Below, piece by piece: positions 1-11,620 of a stretch of DNA of 64,000 nucleotides. Under the pieces are notes generated by a model. It saw nothing but the letters and a program-made list of their open reading frames with translations. It made no database searches and was not told the origin of the DNA. This DNA comes from the human T2T-CHM13v2.0 reference genome, Homo sapiens. Both the position numbers and the translations under genes were made by a program. Positions within the stretch are counted from its first letter, which is position 1. The number at the start of each line of letters is the position of its first letter. The DNA is taken from assembly GCF_009914755.1 (NCBI RefSeq), contig NC_060925.1. One strand, written 5' to 3'.

Positions 1-769
1 GCAGTCCATAAGGGGCTCTCCATCTTCATGGGTGGCAAGGCCAGGCGACATGGCCAGTGCCCAGTGGACAGAGAGCTCCCAGTGGTCAGGGAGAGGAGAG
101 GCAGCCAGGGCCCGGCTGCTGGGGTGCGGGAGCTCCTGGAGAGGTGAGGATATTTCTAGAGGATATTAAACAAACAAGACCTGGGAGCTGTCTCCAAGGC
201 TGAGAGAATGTTCCAGCAACTCACCCGTGGAGGGTCCCACATGTGCAGTCCCGTGCCCTCCCCACAGGGACACAGAACCAGCCGTGCGGCCAACATGCCG
301 CGCCACACTCTCCTGATGAGGTCTCTTCATCTTTCAACCCATCCCAGAGATTGCAGCTCTCTTTTCTCAAGCCTGTGTTTATTTTTTGTGCTTCTCTTTC
401 CTCAAGAACAGGATTTAAAAACTGAATTAATGTAGCAAAATTCCATCACAAAAGCTTTGAAGCAACAATTTTCCAAACGCCACACTGAGAAGGGCAAGAG
501 GAACCGGCGCGGCCCCACTGGCGGCTTTATTATCCAGCTGATCGCTTGCTAAGTGAATCTCCACTGCATTTTTCTACCCGGGACACCCAGCTGACAGCAG
601 CTTTCTACCTCTGTCTTTGAAGCTTAATTTACAAAGTGCCATCTGACATAGCTAAGATTTGGCTTTCTCTTTTTAATTCCCTTCCCTCTGGTTTTTCAAA
701 AAAAGTGGGGGAAAGACTTAAAAGAAAAGCTGCACAGGCAAAACTAATGAATAAATAAAGAGCCAGGAC

Positions 770-982
770 GAACACATGGACACAGGAAGGGGAACATCAC
801 ACACCGGGGCCTGTTGTGGGGTTGGGGGGAGGGGGAAGGGATAGCATTAGGAGATATACCTAATGTTAAATGACGAGTTAATGGGTGCAGCACACCAACA
901 TGGCACATGTATACATATGTAACAAACCTGCACGTTGTGCACGTGTACCCTAAAACTTAAAGTATAACAACAACAACAACAA
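770..982 (+). mobile_element. 5'-truncated L1PA (about L1PA3-5) 3' end, with tail converted to (CAA)n
   Basis: Matches L1 3' UTR (GGAAGGGGAACATCACAC...ACCCTAAAACTTAAAGTATAA). Perfect 13-bp TSD AAAGAGCCAGGAC at 757-769 and 983-995. Confidence 0.95.
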
Positions 983-1659
983 AAAGAGCCAGGACAGCGG
1001 CCCCAGGTCTGGGCTTCATCATACATAAACAAAGGGGTTTCGGCGGAGGAGCCTCAAATCTTTCCTGCTTCCTTTGTCCTGGGGTTCGGGGTGATTTGCT
1101 CAGTCATGGCTGCACCTGAGCTCTGTTAGACGTTTTCTTCAATTAAGTGTTCGTTTTAGGATGAAAAGAGCCGCAGCTCTGTCAGTTACGCCTCCATATT
1201 GATCGTGTAGAAATTGGCTGTGGGTTCAGCCATTTGGCGTTTGATTCATTATTTTCAATCAAGCAGCTTGTGTGTCAGGCTATTAAGGTAGCCACAGTCT
1301 CCAGGGCCTATGCATGATCCAGTTATTTCCATTATTGAGACACAACCCAAATTAACTGAACCATAAATGTTTTCTTTTAGTGGGCAGCTGGGGAAGAATG
1401 CATGGAAATCTATCAAGAGTTTCATTTTCCATGGAAATGTAACATAGTAAATGGAAACCTCTTAGTCCTCGGAGAGAAGCCCATGGACCTAGCACTGGGG
1501 TCTTTGAGGGGACCCCAGCCCAGCTTTTCAGTGTCTCAGGAAGGGGTGATTTTGAGAAGCTGATATGTGTAATGCAACAGAAAAATACTGCTACTCGTGT
1601 GCTGGGTGAGCTGAGCATTTCCAGGCGCAAAACAAGTGTGCAGCCTCATTCAGAGACAC

Positions 1660-2130
1660 GTATCACTTAGGGCTCTTTTTTAGGGAGGTTATAGAAAGCC
1701 CAGCTCCCGATGTCATCTGGCTTAAGGAAAAAGGCAGTTCCTTGCCTCACAGGGCAAAACAGCCCCGGGAGAGCCCTAGCATCAGGTGTGGTTTGATCAG
1801 GGCTCGCCGTCACGCGGTGCCTTGGTTCTCCATCTCTATTCTTGGTGTTGGCGCTGTTTTCAGGCAGCCCTCCCTGTGCTGACAACTTGGCTGCCGGCAG
1901 CTCTCAGCCTGCATCTTTTCCATCTTGAATCCGTAAGAACAAAATAAAACAGTTTCTTCCAGTAGCTCCTGCAGAAAGCTAGAAGAGACTTCTTCCCAGG
2001 AATCTTCCGAGATGAACCTTGATTTCGTTGGCCAGGCAGATTGCATAACTGTTTACAAATCAATCAGTGTAGCTATGGAGATGGGATATATGAGGGGCTA
2101 ACACTGCCCATGGTGGGTGGGGCCTTGGAG
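1660..2130 (-). mobile_element. Old MaLR LTR (MLT1K-like)
   Basis: Degenerate matches to MLT1K motifs (CTGGCTTAAG..AAAAAGG, GGCTGCC.GCAGCTC, AATCA.TGT.GC). Boundaries approximate. Confidence 0.6.
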
Positions 2131-3031
2131 CCTGGGGTGGCATCAAAGCTCTCAAACCCCTCTGCTGACGATGGAGGAGGACAGTCAGAGACTACAGGAA
2201 AGAGAAGGGGCATGGAGGCCGCTGTCCACATGGGTGTGCTCTCCTGCTCAGTGGGCAGCCAAGACAAATACCCTCAGAGAAAACAAACAGCTCCCCTTGT
2301 CCTCATCCCCTAGTCCTGCAGGAGCTTCATTTCCAGGTGGGAAAGCCACAACCTTCCCCAAATGTTCAGCAGCACCTGAGCCAGCTCTTCCCCTTCCTGC
2401 AGAACTGCACCGCCCTTCTCTGGGCCGGCTCCCTCACTCTGGGCTCCTACACTTAGGGCTCTAGCCAGTGTCCCACCTGGGCATTTCCACATCTAGTGCC
2501 CTCCCTGATTGCCTCTGGGCTGGCACAGGGCTGCCGTCATGAGCCAGGACCATGGGAATCATTGTTCTGGTTTACTTGCATAGTTTCAGCTAACTTCCCC
2601 CGGTACAAGTTAACTTAAATGTTATAAAGCATTTTAGAATCACATAAATCCATATTTTGTAATAAAAATGCAAATGATACAGAGGTGACTACCTCCCCCC
2701 TCCCAGATCACTCCCTCCCGACTGCCTCTGGTCCGGTTAGATGTGGGCGGGATGAGCAGGAGAGGGCCCTGCTGGAGAGGCGCAGTGGTCAGAACTGCGG
2801 TGGATGGGCTGTGAATGGCCCCTACTGAGAGAGGCTGCAACATCAGGTGGGAAAGGCTGGGGGCCAGGCAGGGCTTAGTGCAGGGGCTGGAGCATGCAGT
2901 CTGCAGGGTGGACCCTGAAGGAGGATGGAGCCTCTCTCTGGGTCAGGCTCTGTGACCTTGCCTTCCACCTTCTCAACTGCAGTGTCTGTAAACCTCTTCC
3001 AAGTGTGACTTCCCAAAGCTTGCAATCCATT

Positions 3032-3140
3032 GCTCCCTCCTTTCTTCTTCCTTCCTTCTTCCTCCTACTCTTTCTTCCTTCCTCCATTCCTCCTTCCTTC
3101 TCTTCTTCTCCCTCTCCCTCCCTCATTCCTTTGCCCTGCT
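3032..3140. repeat. CT-rich low-complexity polypyrimidine tract
   Basis: Degenerate (CCTT)/(CTC) runs read directly. Confidence 0.85.
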
Positions 3141-3589
3141 CCATCCCAGGGCATTAGTGTACTTATTGTGGCTAGTGGTGAGTGGGAAGACATTGCTGGG
3201 TTAATAGCTGTAATTGTTGACTCATGGACAATCAATCGCCCCAGCAAGTCCACAGTCCTGAGTGACTGCAAAGAGCAGCAGTGACCGCTAGGCTTGGCCA
3301 GCAGCAGATGGTCCTCTCCTCTCACGTAACCTGGGAGGTAGGACCGGAGGGGCTTCTTGGATGAAAAAAGGGCAGGCAGTCCACTCTGGGCTCAGGGCAG
3401 GGTGGCTGGATTTAGCATTTTATCTGGCAACCTCATCTTAAGGCCTAGGAGGCTGCAGCCTAAAGGTCCACTTGACAATTCCATCTTTTCCTCCATGGTT
3501 AGCTTTGCTCCCTGCCTGGGGACGGGACCTAGAAGCTCCTCAGCCCTTGTGTCCTCCACCGCTCCATGCCCAACCTCACTACTCTAGGG

Positions 3590-3725
3590 CAGAGTGAGCA
3601 GGTGCTTCAGGAGGGCAGGGGTTCCTGTGTCCTCTTTTCTTCTTTGTGGCTGTAGTTCCTGCATCCAGAGGGTTGTCCCCCATGGCAGTCACCCAGCAGA
3701 TATTTGCTGAATGGATGACTGAAGC
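3590..3725 (+). mobile_element. L2 3'-end fragment
   Basis: Ends in ATATTTGCTGAATGGATGACTGAA, typical of the L2 terminus. Confidence 0.55.
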
Positions 3726-3879
3726 ATCTCTGATGGTGCCCGTTCTCTCAGCTCTCTGCCTCTGTCCAGCACCTGCTCCTTTCCTGACTGGATCATTCCA
3801 ACAGGAATGGGCCCCAGCCTATGGACACATAGAATTTTGTGTTGCCACTTTTCCTTTTGGCATTTTAAAGGTGTTCTTC

Positions 3880-5115
3880 TGTTGAATTGCCTCCATAGTT
3901 TCTGGTAGATGTCTACAGTAATTGAAATTATTTTTTCTATGTCTGTGACTTATTTTTTAATCTCCGATTGCCTTTAAGATTTTTGTTTCATCTTTGTTTT
4001 TAGCAGTTTGATTATTATGTGCCTGGCATGGTTTTCTTTGCATTTATATTGTTTATGATTTTTGCTAAACTCGAAAATGTCAATTTATATGCATCACCAA
4101 GTTTAGGAAGTTGTTGGCTATTATTTCTTCAAATTTTTTTTTCTGCTTATTCTTCCTCTAGTCTCCAATTACCTATATTTTAGAGCCAGTCCCCAAGGCT
4201 CTGTCCATTTTTCTTCAGTATTTTTCTTTTTATTCTTTAGATTGGATGATTTCTACTGATCTGGTTTCAAGTTCATTTACTTATTAACTAATAATTTCCC
4301 TGTTGCTATGAAACCCATCACTTACGTTTTTATTTCAGATACTCTAATTTTTAGTTCCACCTGCTCCATTTTCTCTGTTTATACATTTTCTACTTTTCTG
4401 CTGAGAGTTCCTTTCTCTCCACTTGCTGTCAGCATTTCCTTCTGCCTCACGGAGCACGGTTGTGCTAGCTGCTTTACAGCCTACCTCTGTTAATTCCAGC
4501 ATTTGAGTCATCCTGGGTCTGATCTCTGTTGATTGTCTTTTTACTTGAGAATTATCCCCCCTTTCATGGTTTTCTTGTGTGTTGAGTAATTTGGGGTAGC
4601 ACCTGGACGTTGTGAATGCCGTGTGTGGAGATTCTGGTGTTTGCTACATTTCCCTAAGGAGTATTATTTTGTTTTAGCAGACAATTCACTTGGGTAGATG
4701 CAAACCACAAATTCTGTTACCTACAACTAGTGGCAGCTCAGATCTTGGTTCTGTTCCTTTTCCTTTTTCTTTAACTGAGTTGTTTTCAGATAAAGAGAAC
4801 AGTTCAAAGGTCAGTTGGAGACTTTGGGTCGAGATTAAAGGCAGACTCTGGGGCTCCCCTTCTCTGGTCTTATCCTTCATGAGCTCCCTTCTCACTCCCC
4901 AGCATCTGTGGCCTCCTGGGCTGTGTCTCCTCCTAGCCAGAGAGATGGCGGGTTCTCTATCAGGGCTCCAGCGGCACCAAGCCCTGCTGGAATCAAGGTC
5001 TTTCTACAGATCAAAGCCGTGCAGATGGGAGACTTGTCACAACTGGTCTCTTCTTCTTGCCTTTGTTCACTCTCTAAAGGCTTTGAGAAGTTTTGTTTGT
5101 TTTATTTTGGGCTGG
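3880..5115 (-). mobile_element. Ancient L1M (ORF1/5' region) fragment
   Basis: T-rich antisense L1 ORF1-type sequence (GCCTTTAAGATTTT...GCAGTTTGATTATTATGTGCCTGG; GCTATTATTTCTTCAAAT). Confidence 0.7.
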
Positions 5116-5126
5116 AGTTTATCGTT

Positions 5127-5521
<395 letters not shown>

Positions 5522-5929
5522 AGTTTATAGTTATTTTCCATGGAAGCATTAGTCCACTGGGAATGTATTCTACCATATAATCTCAATAAATATTTAATTC
5601 GGTCCACTTACTTATTTATCTGTTTACTTATTTACTTTTTGGACTCCTTGGGGCTGGGGATCTATGCCTCTAGTTCTGCCAGGATAGAAATGGGGCAAGG
5701 AAGGGGAGGGCTGAAGTGTAAAGTGGATGAAGTGTCCATCAGTGCCTGAATCTCTGCTTCAGAACAGCGGCTTGGGTTTTTTCTTTTGTAGCTATTTTAT
5801 ATATGGACATTTCACGTAGGATTTCATTGTAAACTTTTTATTGGCTAAAGTATATTTGAAAATCATTTGTCTAAATATTCTCCAAGTTCTGATGCTCGGA
5901 GGAACTCTGGCTTCTGGGGGCTTCAGCCA

Positions 5930-6150
5930 TGTGTGTTTAGAACCCTGGTTCTTGAACCAGACTGACTTGTGTTTGAATCCCAGTTTGGCACGTACCAGCT
6001 GTGTGACCTGGGACTCATTCCTTACCCCTACTCCACCGCCATTTCTTCATCTTTAAGATGGAGATAATTATACCACACTTATAGAAGGGTGTGAGCACCC
6101 AGGGAGATAGGGCACATTTAGCCTTCAGCAGAGGCGTCACGTATGGCAGT
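5930..6150 (+). mobile_element. MIR
   Basis: TTTGAATCCCAG...CAGCTGTGTGACCTGGG...CTTCATCTTTAAGATGGAGATAAT core. Confidence 0.75.
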
Positions 6151-6154
6151 CGTG

Positions 6155-6497
6155 TGTTATGGACTAAATGGTTGTGTCTCTCCAAAGTCCATGTGTTGAA
6201 GCCTTGACTTCCAGTGTGATGGCATTTGAAGGCGAGTCCTTTTGGAGGTAATTAGGTCATGAGGATGGGGCCCTCTTGATGGTATTCGTGCCCTTATAAG
6301 AAGAGATGCCACAGAGCTTTCTCTCTTCCCTGCTATGCGAGGACGCTCAGAGAAGGCAGTCAAGCCAGGACGAGGCCCTCACCCTGCTGGCACCCTGGCC
6401 TTGGACTCCTAGCCTCTAGAGCTGCACGAAGTAAGTGTCTGTGGTTTAAGTCCCAGTCTGCACTACTTGGCTATGGCAGCCCGAGATGCCAAAGACA
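6155..6497 (+). mobile_element. MLT1A-type solo LTR
   Basis: TGTTATGGACTAAAT start, GCCCTTATAAGAAGAG, GCTATGGCAGCCCGAG...AAAGACA end. Confidence 0.85.
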
Positions 6498-7656
6498 GTG
6501 TGAATGCTATTGATTAGTAGTACTCATTAAAGTCAACACAGATACTTCTGTGAATAAAAGCTAATGTACTGGAGAGCTTGATGAGATCTAGGGACAGCAT
6601 AGAAAGCCCCCTTCCCTCACTCTGCAGAACAGTTGCATCCATGTGACCCTGAGACAGAAGCCCTCTGCTCATTATCAAAGATGTGACAGCTGCCACTTGG
6701 TCACTTTAGAATCAACAGTCCTAGGCCCCTTATTGACAGCTCCCGGCTCCCCCAGCTGGACTGGCCAGGGGGATTGCCTCTCTTACAAATCCCCTCCAGG
6801 ATGCAGCAAATAGGAAACTTGCATTTAGAAAAAGGATGGACCAGGATTCTGGGTGTGAGGGGCATTATCCATTGTACAAGAGGGTTTCCGGTATGTCCCA
6901 TCCTAAATATCTAGCTTCTTTTAATGCCCTTACAATAGATTCATTGTAAGGATTTGAGCGTTTTAGGGAGTAGGTCTAAACTGAAGTCTGCTGCCCTGTT
7001 GTTGGAGTCCCGGCGTATCTGGAGGTGAGAAGGGCACTGCCCTCTGAGCAAATGCCCAGTGAAATTGCAGAAGGAGGTGGGTGTGGGGTGGGGAGGAAGG
7101 AAAAGTCATGCGGGCCACTTGTCCCATCGGGCGGCTTCACAAGGTCATCATCAAATGTGATTTTCCAATTGCCACCTCGTTGCTGTGGGCACAAATGGAA
7201 CCCGAGATTGTTGGAAATCTATATGAAAGTCCTGTTCCTGTTCCGTGTCAGGCTCCTAACAGCTTTTCCTTGTCCCTCCCCCGAGCGGGGGAAAGCGAAC
7301 CCGACACAGCACAGGAAGAAATGTTTTGGTTTGGTGAACGTCTTTAAATTTTCTGTAGCTTAGGGCTTTGTCCTCATTTGCAAAGCAGGATTGAATCTTT
7401 GTGTGGGTGGAGGTGGGGTGTGTGGGGAGGAGGGAAGTCAGGATTTAGGCTTAACAAAGAGACTCCCAACTGAGGCTAACCCAGTGTGGCCCACACTCTA
7501 AAGTATCCTGACAACTGTCAGGAACCACCTAAGGCTCCCTAACATGAAAAAAGACTTTTTCTCCCTGGACTCAAGAGCAGGGTTGGGATTTGCTTAATTT
7601 CAAGGCTGAGTTAACCCCTTTTTGCCCATAGAGGTCCAGGATCTGTGGTCTGTTAG

Positions 7657-8056
7657 TGTTAATTCAAGTATAGCCTAAAGCTGTCTCCTCACATATTTTA
7701 AGTTTGACCTAAATGTTTCTCTGTTCATGGTGAACTATAACCTAAATGGACTTGTAAACAGACTGTAGCCTACTCTTGTGCCAATCACCGAGTTTTGGCC
7801 CATCAGAGGTGGCCAGCTGTTCAAATCGTGTTCAAGAAGGCAAGTGCCAACTTGTAACTAATCTAGCTGTTTCTGCACCTCACTTCTGTTTTCTGTACAT
7901 CACTTTCCTTTTTCTGTCCACACATCTTCTTTTGCCATGTAGCTGTGCTGAAGTCTCTGTGCCTACACCGGCTTGGGAGGCTGCCTGATTTGTGCATAGT
8001 TCTTTGCTCAGTTAAACTCTTCTAAATTTAATTTGGCTAAAGTTTTTCTTTTAACA
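7657..8056 (+). mobile_element. MER57-family ERV1 solo LTR
   Basis: TG...CA termini; TAGCCTAAAGCTG, GCCAATCACCGAGTTT and TAAAGTTTTTCTTTTAACA match MER57. Confidence 0.85.
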
Positions 8057-8212
8057 GCAGAGAGGTAGAAATCTGATCAGCAAAGGTCTTTGATTAGCAC
8101 TTTTTGCTTATTTGTTTGTTTTAAACAAGATCAACCCGTGTTTCTTAAGATCAAGTGGTAGAAAATACTCTTTGCAAAGTTATAGCTCTCCTAGCAATGT
8201 GTGCTTGCATGA

Positions 8213-8240
8213 GTGTGAGTGTGTGTGTGTGTGTGTGTGT
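8213..8240. repeat. (TG)n microsatellite
   Basis: Direct reading. Confidence 0.9.
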
Positions 8241-10236
8241 CTTATTTCACCCTTTGTTGCCACTGTTGATGTCTTCAAAGCAACTGAAGTATTCAACTTT
8301 TACAACTGCAGGGAAAGGGCCTGGCATCTGTGCCTTGGTGGAGAGTCTGGGGGAAGGCAGGTCCAGAACCCAGCAATGGGTATGATCCTGATCTGGCCTA
8401 CTTAGATTGGGAAGGCTGAGCTCCTGAGGCAAGTCAGGGCCCTGAAGCGAGGAGGAAGAAAAAGTAACTGGTGGGTGAGAAGTCAGAACGTGTCACCTGG
8501 ACCAGACTCTCAGAGAAGTGGGGCTCTCAAGAAGGGCTGCTGAACTTCAGATAACTCCTTGAGGCTATTAGTACCTCAGAGGCCGTCAGTAAGTGGATGA
8601 TGAATGAATGAATGATTAAATGAATGAATGAGGCTGGGGACTCTGCCACACTTACCTGTTTATTCCCCACAGGTCTTGGCTCAGGGCTGGGTACAGAGAA
8701 AGTGCTTGGTAAATGTTGAATTAATTACAGAATTGTTTCAGTCCCTCAGGGAATTCAGAATTCCACAGGCTTTGCCATCCTGGGGGCTATGCACGTGCCT
8801 CATGCTGCAGCTTTGGTTTCTCTAAAGGAAGCTAGTCCAAGGTCTTTCCATCTGCTCTGGAGCTGTGGAACTTGTAGAAGAATCCTACCAAGCTGATTTA
8901 CCCTCAGGCAAATTTGAGCCTTTTCTTCACAAGTCCAACTGTGAATACTTGTCTGTACTCAGATTCATTTTCTCTTACTCTGCTGGAGGACTGAAGCCAA
9001 ACTGATATAATGACTCATAATAAATAATTTATGACGGTGGTGGAAATACAGATGTTATTCTTCCAAAGTATGCAGATACAGAAAAGTTTTTAAGTCTCAG
9101 GAAAGACTTGTGGGGATATTTTCACCACTTTGACCATAGGTGGAAAAAGATTTCAGGGCACGTTTAGCAGCCATGAAGTCATAACATATAAGGTCATGCC
9201 TTAGGTGGCCCAGAGCTCTTCCTTCAATCTGACTTAAACGGCACACCCTATGTCGATGAAGCCAGACAAGCACATTGAACTCCTTTAACACTCACTTCTG
9301 AAACTGGGCTTCACTGTGGAACTTGGGAGGGACTCCACCTGAACTAATTCTCCTCTAGGCAATTTCATTGGAACAAAGTTTTATGTGGCAAATAATGAGC
9401 AAAGCAGCTGTAAAATCCTAAAGGAATGAAAAATAATTTTTAAAGAGATGCTGACATCTCTTAGAAAGAGAATATCACATTGATTCCTTCAATAACTATG
9501 AGAAACATGCATCTGTAGCATACATTTTAATAGGCATTAAAGACATTTTAATGAGAAAACAATTTAAAATTTGGTAAACATGTCTTTTGTTGATACGCAG
9601 CAGAGCTTTTTGGGGGTTAGGGGGAGGGGCTGGGGGCTCATTAGGTCCAGGTTGCTTTATTAGGTGCTCTGTTGTTCTGAATATTTTAGCAGCTGAGGTT
9701 CAGACTTGGGTGCCTGCAGACTTGAGTGTGATTATAAATAGGCTGTGATGTTGACAAAGAACCTGGGCATCTGTTTCAGAGATGGGCTGATGTTAAACCC
9801 TGGCACACTGCATCCAGTAGCCAATATCAGATAGCTCAAAACACTCATTATTCCTTCTCAAAATAAATGGCTTGAGAAGGAGGCAACACAGGCTGAGGAT
9901 GTAATTTCATGAAAGTCCAGGCGTGGTCAGGGGGAGAACCATTCAAGTTACTTGATGTGGGAGAGTGACCACCCTGTAGGGCTTTGACTTTGGAGGCTCC
10001 TTGAGCTGGAATTTCATCTCTTGGTGCAGCAGAGCTCACTCTGGCAGGGAGAGAGGAACACCAGCTAATAACCCCAAACCATGCTTGTTCTCAGGCTAAG
10101 CCAAGTGAACATGGGACACAACCATTGTTTCTGACTGGTTTTACTCACCTAATTAAGGGACAGTGAATAATAATAGCTCAGTTATTCAGCTCTTACTCTG
10201 TACCAGGCACCATGTTCAGGATTCTACATGGGTTAC

Positions 10237-10888
10237 TGTATTAGTTTTCTATTTCTTCAAAACAAATTACCATAGAAGCTTAAACAACACTCACTTATTA
10301 TCTTACAGTTGTGGGTCAGGAGTCCAGGCATGGCTTAGCTGGGTCCTTTGCTCAGGATTTCCCAAGGCTGCATCAAGGTGTCACCTCATTTGGGTTCTCA
10401 TCAGAGGTTCAACTGGGGAAGGATCTGCTTCTAAGTTCATTCAGGTAATTGTCAAAATTCATTTCCTTGCTATCGTAGAATGCACGGTGACTTTCTTCTT
10501 CATGGTTAGCAGGAAAGAAAGGATGTGTTGCTTGGAGACTTTGACTTCAGGGAGGGTCCCTGTCCCTTTTTTGAAGCGCTTATCTGATTTGGCCAGGCCC
10601 ACCTAGGGCCTTTTGATTAGCTCAGAGTCAACTGATTAGGGACATTTATCACCTCTGCAATGTCTCTTCACTTTTGTCATATTCTATTGGTTAGAAGCAG
10701 GTCATAGGTCTCACTCATACATATGATGTGTGTAACAGGCCCAGGGCTGCTTGATGAACACATTGTCCTGATTAGAGTGTCATGACCAACAGCAAAATAC
10801 ACTTTGAATATTTTGGATCACACAAAGGCATGGATATTGGGGGAGTGGGAATCAAGGAGTCACCCTAGAGTGCCACATTGCTACCACA
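10237..10888 (-). mobile_element. MLT1E/F-type LTR inserted in a MIR (MIR pieces at about 10160-10236 and 10890-11075)
   Basis: TGTATTAG start, GGCATGGCTTAGCTGGGTCC, ATTCTATTGGTTAGAAGCA and CTACCACA end. Carries a foreign segment at about 10721-10814. Confidence 0.8.
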
Positions 10889-11419
10889 ATCGGCAATATC
10901 CACCAAAACCCTATGAGCTGCTTATAGGTTCATATGCTGCTGTTCTTCATTCTTCTTTCTACCGACCAGGGAGCTGAGCCTTGCAAAGATAAAGTGGCTT
11001 GTCTAAGGTCGACCAGCTAGACATTGGTTAAGTCAGAATCCAAACCTAGAATGTCTGCTTCCAGAGCCCTTGCATGGTAATATCCTGCATTCCCTGGTGA
11101 GAAATTAATGAGGCAGAAAAGTCCTGTGGGAAAGGTCATGGTGGCTCTATCATGTGAAATGTATATTATAAAAACAATAGATTGAATTTGCTCATTTGCA
11201 TAAACAAGCCCTGAGTGAATGTTGATTCCCACCCTGATTATTTTCATGATTTTATTTTTTTGGCTACAGGAGTAGAGTTCAACAGAGTCTCTGGCTGGTG
11301 GAAACACACAATAGCTGGAGTGACAGCACATCATAGGCATCAAGGTTAACCACAGCTTACATCCAGATCTAGAGGCAGCACAACTCAACATGTATTTTGC
11401 TGTTGATTATGACATTGTA

Positions 11420-11620
11420 ATCAGGACAATGTGTTTGCCCAGCATCCCTGGGCCCGTCACATACATTATCTCATGGAGTTCTCCAAGCATTCCTTGGAAC
11501 CTGTCTATAATACCCATGTTAACAATGGGCAAATGGCAGGTTACCGGGTTGAGAGACTTCTGCAAGTTCACCCAGCTTGAGAACAGCCAAGGTGAGATTT
11601 AAGTTCAAGTCCAGGGGTGG
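11420..11620 (-). mobile_element. MIR
   Basis: ATACATTATCTCAT...TACCCATGTTAACA...CAAGTTCACCCAGCT antisense MIR core. Confidence 0.6.

Noticed and set aside
505-526. CTCF-like motifs here and near 3300 and 61530
   Set aside because: Each mismatches the CTCF consensus at core positions.
10722-10772. Possible C/D-box snoRNA (TGATGA...CTGA)
   Set aside because: It is too short, has no terminal stem, and is better explained as the inverted local copy.
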